From assembly GCF_009914755.1 (NCBI RefSeq), contig NC_060946.1: a DNA stretch of 64,000 nt. One strand, 5' to 3'. Of this stretch, positions 33,672-44,565 are shown piece after piece (within the stretch, counting starts at the first letter, position 1; every line of letters begins with the position of its first letter). The notes under the pieces were generated by a model. It saw only the letters and a program-made list of their open reading frames with translations. It did not search any database and was not told the DNA's origin. Position numbers and translations under genes: made by a program. This stretch comes from the human T2T-CHM13v2.0 reference genome, Homo sapiens.

Positions 33672-36600
33672 AGGTGAGGCCAGCCCGCCACTCCTCAATG
33701 GCAGGGGAGGCAAGATCCTGTTACTCCAGTGAGTCCCCTGGCCATGCAGAGGGGTTCAGGGAGACCCTGACTCTCTGCGATCTCACCGCTCATCACCTTC
33801 AGAACCCCAGGCTGGTGAGAGGCAGGGTCTGTGGCAACAAGGGATGTGAGGATCAGCGTGGAGGGTGGGTAGCCTTGGCCCTAGAAACCTGGAGAGCAGA
33901 GGGTCCTCCGGCCGCCCACCTGGGAGCCCAGAGCCAGAGGGCAGACACGTCAGATGCCTGGCAGGTCCTGGACCAGCCGCAGATAAGAACACGGCCCTTT
34001 CTCCCATTATCCCTGCACCAGGGGTGCTGGGACCTCCTGTGTGTGCTAATGGCTGGAGCCAGTTTCCTAGCCTGGACCATATGGGCATTTGGCCCATCTC
34101 CCCACCTCCTCCGTGAGCCCAGTGGCTGCCCACGTCAATGCCCAGCAGGCCTCTGGTGCCTCCCTCACATCCCTGTCTAGAAGGGAAGTTTCCAGGAAGC
34201 CACTGAAGGCCAGACAGGGTCCTGGCTCTGCATGCTCCCAAGAGCCTGAGAGGCTGCCCTAGGTCACACACAGGGGACCCAGGCTAGCTGACCTCACACC
34301 TTGCTCTCCCGCCTGGCCTGGGGAGCAGTGAGATCACTGTCAGGATTAGGATTAGGATTAGGAACAGCAAAAGCGATTAGAGTTTGTCCTCCTCTTCCTG
34401 GGGTGCATCTGGGCAAAGGTTTCCAGGTCAGAGATGCTCAATGTCTGTCCCATGGGGCACCGGTGACCAGCAGCAACCCCTGCTCAGACCTCACATGGCA
34501 TGGCCCCTGACTTGGTTTCCCCTGGGTGGGCAGCCCTTACAGCCTTCTTCCCCAGGCCAGACTTCTCAGTAGGGAGAGTCCCTGGTGGTCAGGCAGGGCC
34601 TGGACTCCCCAGGTGGGGCTGCCCCAGGGCGGAGACCCCCCTTGTCTGTCGAGCTTTGTGGTTCTCACTCTGCTTGGGGGCAACTCGACAGGCTCCCTGC
34701 CCTCCCCATGGAGACAGGACCACACTGCCCAGGGGCTCTGCACCCCAGGCCGGCCCCTCTGCATCTCAGAGCACCCATACCCCCAACACCCCTTTCACCA
34801 GAACCCTCTGTGCAGCACTTGGGGGTAGGCAGAAGGGGCAGGGCCAGGACACTGGAACTCTGTCCCCACGCTGAGGACAATCAACCTGACAGGTCACAGA
34901 ATCAGGGACTCTGTAGGAGCCCAGGAGGGCGCCAGGAGATTACAGGCCTGTCCCAGGATTGGGCAGTGGGGTAGCACCCATGCAGGGCCCAGGTACCACC
35001 TCCAGCTCCCACTAGGACCCCTCACTCTCTTCCCCTTAAACAATTCAGGACACAAATGTGCGGGTAGGGGGCTTCAGGTCAGCCCGTCTCTCCTCCTGCT
35101 CACAGCTGAGCACGAGTCTCCTGGCCCCAGGTAGAGTTGTCACACAGCCTCAGAGAAATGAGACCACGTTCAGGCCTGGGCTGGGTCAGCCAGGCCCTCC
35201 CTGGGCCCCTGGGAACCTCCCCCTGCCAGTCCCTCTGCCGGGCCCCAAGCCTAATCCAGCTTATCAAGCACACAGCACACAGCCCAGCTCAGCATTCTGA
35301 GAACAGCAGGGCCACGCCAGGCGCCTGCCTCTCCCCACAGCACAGCCAGGATGGGGCCTGGAGAAGGCCGGCAGCAGCAGAGGAGACCCTGGGAGTCAGG
35401 GATGGACACCAGGTGGGTGCATCCGGGCTGGGGGAGGTGGACGGGCTCTCTGCATCCATGGGGTGACCAGGCAGCTCATGTGCTGTGGGGGTAAAGGTCT
35501 TGGGTGCAGCCACATGAGGCCTTTGATATTAGGGCACAGCAGTTTTCACCCTGCCCCGCTTTTAGGTGACTGTGACACTCTACGACCTGCATGTGCCCAG
35601 CCTAGGCACATGTACCCAAATGAGGCCCAGCTGTCCTAGGGACTTCCTGTCTCCCTGCTGCACGATGCCAGCTGGCCCTTTGGTAGCCTTGAGGGGGACT
35701 GAGGTCACTCACGGCCAGTGTATCAGCCAGCAACCCTGGCTGTGTGTACAAAGTCCTCAGCTGGGGCTAAGGGTGCTGGGAGGCCACCCCTTCTCCCTGA
35801 GGCTAGGGCTGGGCTCTGTTGCTTGGACAGGGTTATTCCCAGGCAGCCTGGTTAGTGAATATCTCCCAGGAACCTAGCTCCACACCAGGAAGGCTCTGGG
35901 ATCCCACAACATCCCTGCCCTCAAGGGGCTCCCAGACGGCAATCAAGATTTGGCTTTACAAAGTAAACCCTAACAGCACTGGTTCCATACCCTGGGGGAC
36001 ATGCAGGTGAGATGCTCAGGGACTTGGATCCTGGCCCTACACACACCTCCTTGTGGCCTTGGGCGAGTCCCTCAGTCACCCTGAGCCTTCATTTCCTCCT
36101 CGGTCATGCACACTATAAAAAAAAAAAAAAAAATCTACCTCAGTGCTTGTAAGAATGCCTGCAATGCCCTGCCCCACAGTGGGCCCGCGGTGTGAGGGAG
36201 GTGGGGCTGGCATCAGAATCAGCAGGAGGGTTTGAATTTGAGCCAGGGAAAGGCAAGAAGACAGGATACCTGGTGGGCCACACTCAGGGCCCTGGGAAGG
36301 AACGGAGCCCCAGGAGATGAGGCTGGAGAGGATTGGAAACCATTTTCTATGAGAGGCTATCAGCTGCCCGGATCTGTGGAAAAAACAAATACTCCATTTT
36401 CCCTTGAAGGAGAAAATAGTCATTTCTAAAGTATTAGAGTCCCTGTGAACAGCAAAGGTAGGAGGTAGGGGGCCTAATTCATCTTTGTTCTCTGGTCATC
36501 TTTCCCTCTTTGCTTTTGCTGCTGGGAAGCCCAGGCACCCTCAGATGTGAGTTTGTGGGAATTCTTACCATGACCTTTGGCTACTATTTTAAACTGCTGT

Positions 36601-39600
36601 TGTATGGCTCTTTCATAAGTCTTGTAAATGACATGAGGTATATGAAAACAAAGCACCCATCTATGTGAGAACTTGTGGATGGAGAGGATGATTCTGGGGG
36701 CTGTAGGAGACTGGCAGGAAGTGATGGTGCAGGGATGAGGGAGGGCGGGGCAGAGGCCTTGTGCAGCCAGATAGGCAAGAACCCAGAAAACCATGAAGCA
36801 CCAATTCACTCTCACCATGCACAGCACAGCCCTGGCCTCTGCACCCCTACTTGCATCAGGCAGGCAAGGGGATCGTGCCTTGTGTGGAGGTGGCCCTGGG
36901 GCTAGACAGACCTGGGATCCCATCCTGTTCACCCTGTACTGACCCGATTAGCCCCTTCTCCCAGTCCCGGGATGCAGGGGACTTCCCTGAAGCAGCACCC
37001 AGGGAGATGAGGGTGTCCTTCCTCACTTGCACTCTGAGCCTTGAGACCAGCTCAGCAGAGCCTGGAGACCTGCATGGGCCAGGGTCAGCAGAGCAGCAGT
37101 GTCAGAGAGCCCATGAACAGGTGGCTGGAACCAAGACTAACTTGACAGAGCACTGGGCCGAGCTTAGGGCAATGTGGGGAGGAGGGCCTCCTGGGAGCTG
37201 CAGCCAGGTAGGATGTTAGAGCAAGCTCTCAGTTGAGGACCTGGGTTCTGGATCTGGCTCTGCCACCTCCTTGCTGGGTGCCCTCAGGGCTAGCTTTGCT
37301 GTCTTGGGATGGGGTGGGAGTCTCTGTCTACCCAACTCATGGGGCTTCTGTAAGGGTCTGGAACATTCCTGAGGCACCCAACTCCGCCACCGCCCTTACA
37401 CCCACTGGCACAAAACCAGCAAAGAGGTGCCATCTGGTCTGGCTGCTGGGGCACATTGTCTCTGAGTCTGTTTTCAGGGTCCTCACTCTAAGGCCTACAG
37501 CAGTGAGAGAGGGACAGGGTTGTGGGTGAAGCAGGACGGCCGCTGTAGGACTCCAGGTGGTGAAAGGCTCGGCTCCCAGTCACAAGCCAGGGAGCAGTGG
37601 AGTCAGGCCTGGAGCTGCGTCTCCCAGGACTCACCCAGGCCCACTATGGGGTCTGCAAATTGTATGATGGACAGTGACTGCAGTCCCACACCCAAGGGAC
37701 AGCCTTATAAGACCCATGAACTCAAAATAGCCCAGACCTTCAACACCCTGGACTCAGTCTCACACATCATCAGGATGAGGCGCATGAGATAAGGAGGTTT
37801 CTTTCTTTCCTCGAGGAGGCCTTTCCCCCTGCCTCAACCTGCAGGGAGGAGACCTTCATCTGTCCAATGGGGGTGACTGCACTCCTCCCACCTGGAGAAT
37901 TTTGCCGGATGAGCGGAGACAGGGCAGCTTGTGGGCACAGCATCTGTCGGGCATCACCGTCTGTCTCACAGAGAGGATGTGGGCTCAGAGGGTCCAAGGG
38001 GCTTCTGCTGGAACCCAGGTTTTCCAACTCCTGATAGTGCACCCCTGGCCACCACACTCTGCTGGCTTCCTTGGGCAGGCCATGTTGCATCTCCAGGCCC
38101 CATTTCACATCTCTGGGATGAGGAGGCACACCTTGCCCTGCCCACCCTGTGTGGTGCTTGAGGGAGATGGGGGAGGGAAGGTGCCCAGAGGAGGGCTTGT
38201 TCAAGGAGTGGCATCCCTGGGGCAGGCTGGGGGCCCCTTTCCACCGAGCCAGGCCAGCCACGAGAGCTCGGGCTCTCCCTGTGGGGTGGGCGAGTCCCCA
38301 GGCAGGGTGCCCCAGTGCACAGCCTTGGGGAGCCTCCCACCCTTGGAGGTGTTCTCCTGAGGCCGCCTCAGGACACCCCCGTCTCGCTCCCACTGCTGTC
38401 AGTCCCACCCCCCGGTAGGTGTCACTTGGCAGCAAATGTCTGGGAGCAGCTGCTGATTCAGGGGCATTCCTGGCACAGTCGCTGGAGAGACCGACCCAAT
38501 GGGCAGGCATCTGAGCGGTTCTGACTGAGGGGCAGGCCGTTGCCTGGGAGAGCGATGCTGCAGAGGTCTGAGGAGTGGTGGGAGTTAGTGGTTGTGGCCT
38601 GGGCACCAGGTGCCAGGGCAGATGCGGGAGGGGATCCATGAGGCACGTCTGTTGAGTGCTCCCTCGCCCTGCCTGCCACATCACCTCCTGATATTTCCTC
38701 AACAGCTGCCTTGTCCCTGTGTCACAGGTGAGGACTGGTGTGCCCATCTTCCTCCTTTGGGGTGGGACAGCCTGTGATGTGCATGGAGCTCAGTGGGTGC
38801 TCCAGGTCAGCTGGGGCAATTGGGTGGGGAGGAAGTGCTGGGGAGTGGCAGCTGGGGCCACTGATGCAGATGCGGGCCAAGGAAACGTCCCTTCCTACTG
38901 GCTTCAAGAATGTGTCCAGAAAGGGCAAATCCAGAGGTTCCTAGATTTGATCTCACTGCCCTCCAGGGACAGCTGAAGCCTGAGCCATCCTCTCCACTGT
39001 AATGACAGGGCAGAATGACCAACCCCTGCTTCAAAACTGGTGGTGGAACCATCTGTGGACCTGGGAAGCTGAAAAGATTCTGGATGTCTCAGTAGGCCAC
39101 AAGCTTGAAGGGAAAACCTTAAAAGCAGTTATGTGATTCAGACTCTGATGTAGCTTGGTAGAAAGTGCCAGTCCCACTTCTGCCAGACAAGACCAATTAC
39201 CTCTCTGAGCTGGGGAGGATAGCAGAACGTGGCTTTCCTTCCTTCTGTGCCACGGCCAGGGACTGGCCCAGGGTAGACAAGGGCCAGTGACAAACCTGAG
39301 GCCTAACACTGCAGGGAGGACGTGGCCGCAGAATGCTCGGGCCCTACCATAATGAGCAACAGCAGCCACCTCAGCTCCAGGCTGAACCAAACCAGCTGCT
39401 GCTGGGGAGGCAGCGTGCAGACCCGTGGCACCCAGGTTTGCTGTTCCCCAACTGGCATCCTGACCGTGGGAGGCCAACCAGGGTGGGTGCTGGTTGCTGG
39501 GCGGGCTCTGAGAAGGCCAGGGTTCCCACATCCCCAAGGAGGCCAAAGGGGGCAGTAAGCATGTTTGTGACCATCCCAGCAGAGGGGGCAGCTAGATGGC

Positions 39601-39624
39601 CCCCAGGGCCTTCTTCACTGCAGG

Positions 39625-40397
39625 TGTCAACAAAAACAGACTCTGCAAAATATTTGAAGAGATTTATTCTCAGCCAAATATGAGTGACCACAGCCATGAC
39701 ATAGCTCTTGGGAGGTCCTGAGAACATGTGCCCAAGGTGGTTGGGGCGCAGCTTGGTTTTATATATTTTAGGGAGGCATGAGGCAGCAATCAAATACATT
39801 TAAGAAATACATTGGTTTGGTTCAGAAAGGCGGGACAGCTCAAAAGCAAGGTGGGGAGGGGGCCTTCCAGGCTATAGGTAAATTTAAACATTTTCTGGTT
39901 GGCACTTGGTTGAGTTGTCTAAAGACCTGGGATCAATAGAAAGGAAATGTTCAGGTTAAGATGAAAGATTGTGGAGACCAAGGTTCTTTTTAAGTCTTAT
40001 AGTGGCTCCCCTTGGAGACAATAGATGACAAATGTTTCCTAATCAGACCTTTAAAAAGGTGCTAAGACTCTTACTTCATCTCTTCAGGGTTGGGAGGGCC
40101 TGGAAGAAAACGATCTAGCTCTGTGAATAGAGATTCTTTACAGATGCACGTTTTCCCCCACAAAGGACAGCTTTGCAGGGCCACTTCAAAATATGGCAAA
40201 GAAGCATGTTTTGGGATGAAATACTTTTTCTTCCTTGACTCGTAATGTTATGCCAGAGTCAGGTTGGAAAGTAAGTCACGATATATAGGGCTAAATAAAG
40301 CCCATCTGATGAGAATGTATGGTTTTTAGGGCATGACTCCCCAGACGCCTTAGATAGGAATTTGGGCAAGATAAAAAATATCAGAGCTTAGTCCTCA
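39625..40397 (-). mobile_element. MER4-family (MER4D/E-like) ERV1 solo LTR, TSD cagg
   Basis: TG...CA termini, 4-bp TSD; reverse complement begins TGAGGACTAAGCTCTGA...TCTTGCCCAAATTCCTATCTAAGG. Confidence 0.82.
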
Positions 40398-40424
40398 CAG
40401 GGAATGGAGGTGGGGGAGCAGATG

Positions 40425-40964
40425 TGTTATAGGAAAGGGGTCCTGATCCAGACCCCACGAGAGGGTTCTTGGATCTCACACAAGAAAGAATTCAAGGTGA
40501 GTCTGCTGTGCAAAGTGAGAGCAAGTTTATCAAGAAAGTAAAGGAATAAAAGAATGGCTACTCCATAGATAGAGCAGCCCCCGGGGCTGCTTGTTGCCCA
40601 TTTTTATGGTTATTTCTTGCTGATATGCTAAACAAGGGGTGGATTATTCATGCCTCCCCTTTTTAGACCATAGAGGATGACTTCCTGATGTTGCCATGGC
40701 ATCTGTGAACTGTGGCGCTGGTGGGAGTGTAGCAGTGAGGACGACCAGAGGTCACTCTCGTCGCCATTTTGGTTTTGATGGGTTTTGGCCGGCTCCTTTA
40801 CTGCAACCTGTTTTATCAGCAAGGTCTTTATGACCTGTATTTTGTATCTCATCCTGTGACTTAGAATGCCTTAGCTGTCTGGGAATGCAGCCCAGTAGGT
40901 TTCAGCCTCATCTTACCCAGCTCCTGTTTAAGGTGGAGTTGCTCTGGTTCACATGCCTCTGACA
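40425..40964 (-). mobile_element. MER41A-like ERV1 solo LTR, TSD gatg
   Basis: Reverse complement begins TGTCAGAGGCATGTGAACCAGAGCAACTCC and ends GGACCCCTTTCCTATAACA; 540 bp; 4-bp TSD. Confidence 0.87.
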
Positions 40965-41017
40965 GATGGGCCCCTGCCAGAGGCCAGGGTCTCATACCGC
41001 CACTCCTCCCTCCCCAG

Positions 41018-41210
41018 GCCTGCAGGGACTTCTTGGAACTAGCAGAGATACACAGTCGGAAATGGCAGCGGGCACTGCAGTATGAGCAGGAGCAGCGCGT
41101 GCACTTGGAGGAAACCATTGAGCAGCTGGCGAAGCAGCACAACAGCCTCGAGCGGGCCTTCCACAGTGCCCCTGGCCGGCCGGCCAACCCCTCCAAGAGC
41201 TTCATTGAGG
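41018..41210 (+). CDS. OSBP2: OSBP2 coding exon (ACRDFLELAEIHSRKWQRALQYEQEQRVHLEETIEQLAKQHNSLERAF...)
   Basis: tccccag|GCC acceptor, GAGG|gtgagt donor; frame continuous with flanking exons. Confidence 0.96.
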
Positions 41211-41814
41211 GTGAGTGGGCAGCCAGGGCAGGGCTGTCCCATGACCTTCTGCCAGCTGGCTCTGCATACACAACTTCTGCGCCCCCACATGCACATCCCT
41301 GGCTGTGCCCACATGTGGGCTGGGCTTGGCCAACTCTTGACTGCCTCTTCGTGGTTTTGTATCTCCCATGTCCATCACCCACTGGCAACAGTTTGTCTGC
41401 ACCTAGGTTCACATTCTCAAGAGTTAAATTTAATGAGCCCAGCTGTCCCCTGTGTGACAGGGGTGTCCTGGTGCCAGGTGGCCACCCACCTAGCCTTGGG
41501 TTGGGGGTCATGGGGACCCTGGACAGGGGTCCATCAGAAAGGGAAGCTGGGCCACAGAAAGACTGACCCACATGTTGAGAGATTGGGGGGGCTTCCAGAA
41601 AGAGGCTCCTGTGCGGTGAATGCGTTGAAAGCACATGATTCTAGCAGAGGGAGCAAGGGTGGCCGCAGCCCAGGGAATCAGGGCTGCCCAGGTGACTGAA
41701 GCAGGAGGGGAGTGAGGCCAGATGGGGGTTGGGGGAGCCCTTGGCTCTGGACTTAGGGAGGCGAGATTGAGCCTTTTGTGAGGTTACAAATTAAAGCTCT
41801 GTCTGTGTCTCTAG

Positions 41815-41932
41815 GAAGCCTCTTGACTCCCAAAGGAGAGGACAGTGAGGAAGATGAAGATACCGAGTACTTTGATGCCATGGAAGACTCCACATCCTTC
41901 ATCACCGTGATCACCGAGGCCAAGGAAGACAG
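41815..41932 (+). CDS. OSBP2: OSBP2 coding exon carrying the FFAT motif EYFDAME (41865-41885) preceded by an acidic tract
   Basis: ctctag|GA acceptor, AG|gtaagg donor; translation GSLLTPKGEDSEEDEDTEYFDAMEDSTSFITV (not in the ORF track). Confidence 0.96.
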
Positions 41933-42048
41933 GTAAGGTGGCTGCAGCTGGGCAGAGCCTCCCCCACCCTGGTCTTAGGCTGCATCTGGTCTTTTCACCA
42001 GCTATCTAGTTGTCTACTTGGGGTTTTCTTTCCTTTAAATCTTGCTTT

Positions 42049-42324
42049 GGCCAGGCCCAGTGGCTCCCAGCACTTTGGGAGGCCAAGGGTAAGAAGATTG
42101 CTTGAATACAAGAGTTTGAGACCAGCCTGGGCAACATGGCGAAACCCTGTCTCTACAAAAAATACAAAAACTAGCCAGGCATGGTAGTGCAGGCCTGTAG
42201 TCCCAGCTACTTGGGAGGCTGAAGTGGGAGGGTCGCTTGAGCCCAGGGAGGTGGAGGCTGCAGTGAGCCATGGTCATGCCACTGCACTCTAGCCTGGGCA
42301 ACAGAGAGACCCTGTCTCAAAAAA
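42049..42324 (+). mobile_element. Alu (AluJ-like)
   Basis: Alu dimer, J-type motifs. Confidence 0.85.
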
Positions 42325-42352
42325 TCAATAATCTATCGGTCTTGCTCCAGAT

Positions 42353-42635
42353 GGGATTTCATTGTTGTGTGAGCCTCATAGAGTATACTTACACAAACCT
42401 AGCTGATAGAGCCTGCCACACACCTGGGCTATATGGCACAGCCTATAGCTCCTGGGCTACAAACCTGTACAACATGTGACTGTACTGAATATTGTAGGCA
42501 ATTGTGACACAATGGTTAAGGATTTGTGTATCTAAACATAGAAAAGGTATATTAAAAATACGATATGATAGTCTTATGGGACCACTGTCATATACACTAT
42601 CCACCCTTGAAATGTTGTTATTGCGGTGCCTGTCT
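42353..42635. mobile_element. Tigger3a-like DNA transposon fossil (TcMar-Tigger)
   Basis: catagagtatacttacacaaacctag...ggctacaaacctgtacaacatgtgactgtactgaata...cttatgggaccac. Confidence 0.78.
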
Positions 42636-42768
42636 ACACACAGAACACACGGCAGTGACCAGGACATTTACTAGCAATGAAAATGATGTTGTCTGGAGAG
42701 AGGATGGGCCAGGTCCCAAGGAGACCTCGGGATTCATTAGTAACTTGCCTCCCGCTTTGTATTTCCAG

Positions 42769-42826
42769 CAGAAAAGCTGAAGGTAGCACCGGGACAAGTT
42801 CCGTGGACTGGAGCTCAGCAGACAAT
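42769..42826 (+). CDS. OSBP2: OSBP2 small coding exon (SRKAEGSTGTSSVDWSSADN); tandem CAGCAG acceptor
   Basis: atttccag|cag|aaa acceptor, AAT|gtaagt donor; keeps the frame. Confidence 0.92.
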
Positions 42827-43081
42827 GTAAGTGAGGGGGAGCACTGTAAGGGCCAGAAGGCAGCTTCTGGCCTAGGGGGTGGGAGGGACAGGCCAGCACC
42901 AAGAACTGGGGGCCAGCAGGCAGGCCCATGCCCCAGTCCAGGAGCACCATCCTGGCCTTCCACCAGCAGCGTACCAGTGGCCGGCTTGGTGCCAGTCCTC
43001 AGGGTGGAGGGCAGAAACTTGGAAGCCAAGGGGGCGCTCTGGCCTCTGCTGACGGTGAGGGGGTCCCCACTTATGTGGCAG

Positions 43082-43228
43082 GTACTAGATGGTGCCTCGC
43101 TCGTGCCCAAGGGTTCATCCAAAGTCAAGAGGCGAGTCCGCATTCCCAACAAGCCCAACTACAGCCTTAACCTCTGGAGCATCATGAAGAACTGCATCGG
43201 CCGGGAGCTCTCCAGGATCCCCATGCCG
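43082..43228 (+). CDS. OSBP2: OSBP2 coding exon, start of ORD ([33 protein letters not shown])
   Basis: gtggcag|GTA acceptor, CCG|gtgggt donor; conserved OSBP lid motif [10 protein letters not shown](K/R)ELS. Confidence 0.96.
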
Positions 43229-44319
43229 GTGGGTGGCTCGGGCAGGGCAGCCCCGACAGGTCCTCTGGGGCTGCTTTCCTGTGCATGGATGAGCAGTAAT
43301 GGCCTGTGTGAAGTACACACAGCCTTGGAGTGTCATTTTCTTAACGGCACCTGAGGAGCATGTAACTAATTATCTAATCGTGCACATAGGCATTGCCCAA
43401 TCTTCCAAAGTACAGGGATCTTTGGGCTCTGACAGGAGGAGCCAGGGAGAAGCTCTGCATGGATCAGCAACCTGGGGAGCCCCAGAGCACCTCTGGATCT
43501 CACAGGACCTTACCATGTCCCAGCTGTCCCGATCTGTAGATGGGGAGTGGCAGGATGGGGCTGTGTGTGGAGGGGTGGGCCCTCCTTCAGCTGGCAGCCA
43601 TCCCTGGTGCCATCCCCAGGAAATGCAGGCTCAGAGCTTGGATCCTCATGCCACCTGGCTACAGTGGCATCTCCACTAGGCCAGACGGTTCTGCTGTGTG
43701 ACCCAGAACAAGTTCCTTCACATCTCCAGCCTCTGTGTCCACATGTGTAGGGTGGGGAGAAACACAGCGTCCTCTTCAGTGTCTGGGAGGATGGAGCAAG
43801 ATAACACGAGGAAGCTGAGACTCGTACCCGATGGCATCATGGTGGGGAGAGTGACCCTGCCCTATGTGACACCGAGATAGGGGCCTTGGGCCTAACCCAT
43901 CCTGTGCCGGGCCCCATCACAGCTCGCAACATGGGGAAGACCCACTTCCTCCACCCACAGACTCATGTGCCCATTCAGTCACTGCTTCCTAAGATTCTGC
44001 ACTCAAGATACAGCAGTGGGCCAGGCAGAACCCCTGGCCTTGGTGGGTGTCCATCCGAGCAGAGGAGAGCAACAGTGAACATGATAAAAGTGTGTAGGAT
44101 GCAGCAGACCAGAAAGTGGGAAGGGCTGTGGAGAAAACAGCCAGGAGGGGCCAGGGAGGTGATGGCTTGGGGGCCACACTGTTGGACAGGGCCATCTGAG
44201 GAGCCTCACTGTGAAGGTGCTGTCTGAGCAGGGATGTCCCTGAACATCCGAGAAAAGCAAGGGCACCATGCCAAGCCGGGGCTGGTGCCCAGCCTGACCA
44301 CCCACCTGTCCACCCACAG

Positions 44320-44565
44320 GTGAACTTCAATGAGCCCCTGTCCATGCTCCAGCGGCTGACAGAGGACCTGGAGTACCACCACCTGCTGGACAAGGCAGTG
44401 CACTGCACCAGCTCAGTGGAGCAGATGTGCCTGGTGGCCGCCTTCTCTGTGTCCTCCTACTCCACCACAGTGCACCGCATCGCCAAGCCCTTCAACCCCA
44501 TGCTGGGGGAGACCTTCGAGCTGGACCGCCTCAACGACATGGGCCTGCGCTCCCTCTGTGAGCAG
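44320..44565 (+). CDS. OSBP2: OSBP2 ORD exon (VNFNEPLSMLQRLTEDLEY...KPFNPMLGETFE...SLCEQ)
   Basis: cccacag|GTG acceptor, CAG|gtgagg donor; KPFNP(L/M)LGET motif of ORD domains. Confidence 0.97.

Noticed and set aside
34343-34363. (TTAGGA)-like repeat resembling telomeric sequence
   Set aside because: Only about three units and not TTAGGG; a trivial microsatellite.
37770-38747. 325-aa minus-strand ORF
   Set aside because: Low-complexity Pro/Gly/Ala-rich translation of GC-rich intron with no recognisable motif.
40861-41634. 257-aa antisense ORF, and similar antisense ORFs at 59426-60069
   Set aside because: Antisense shadows of GC3-rich OSBP2 exons.
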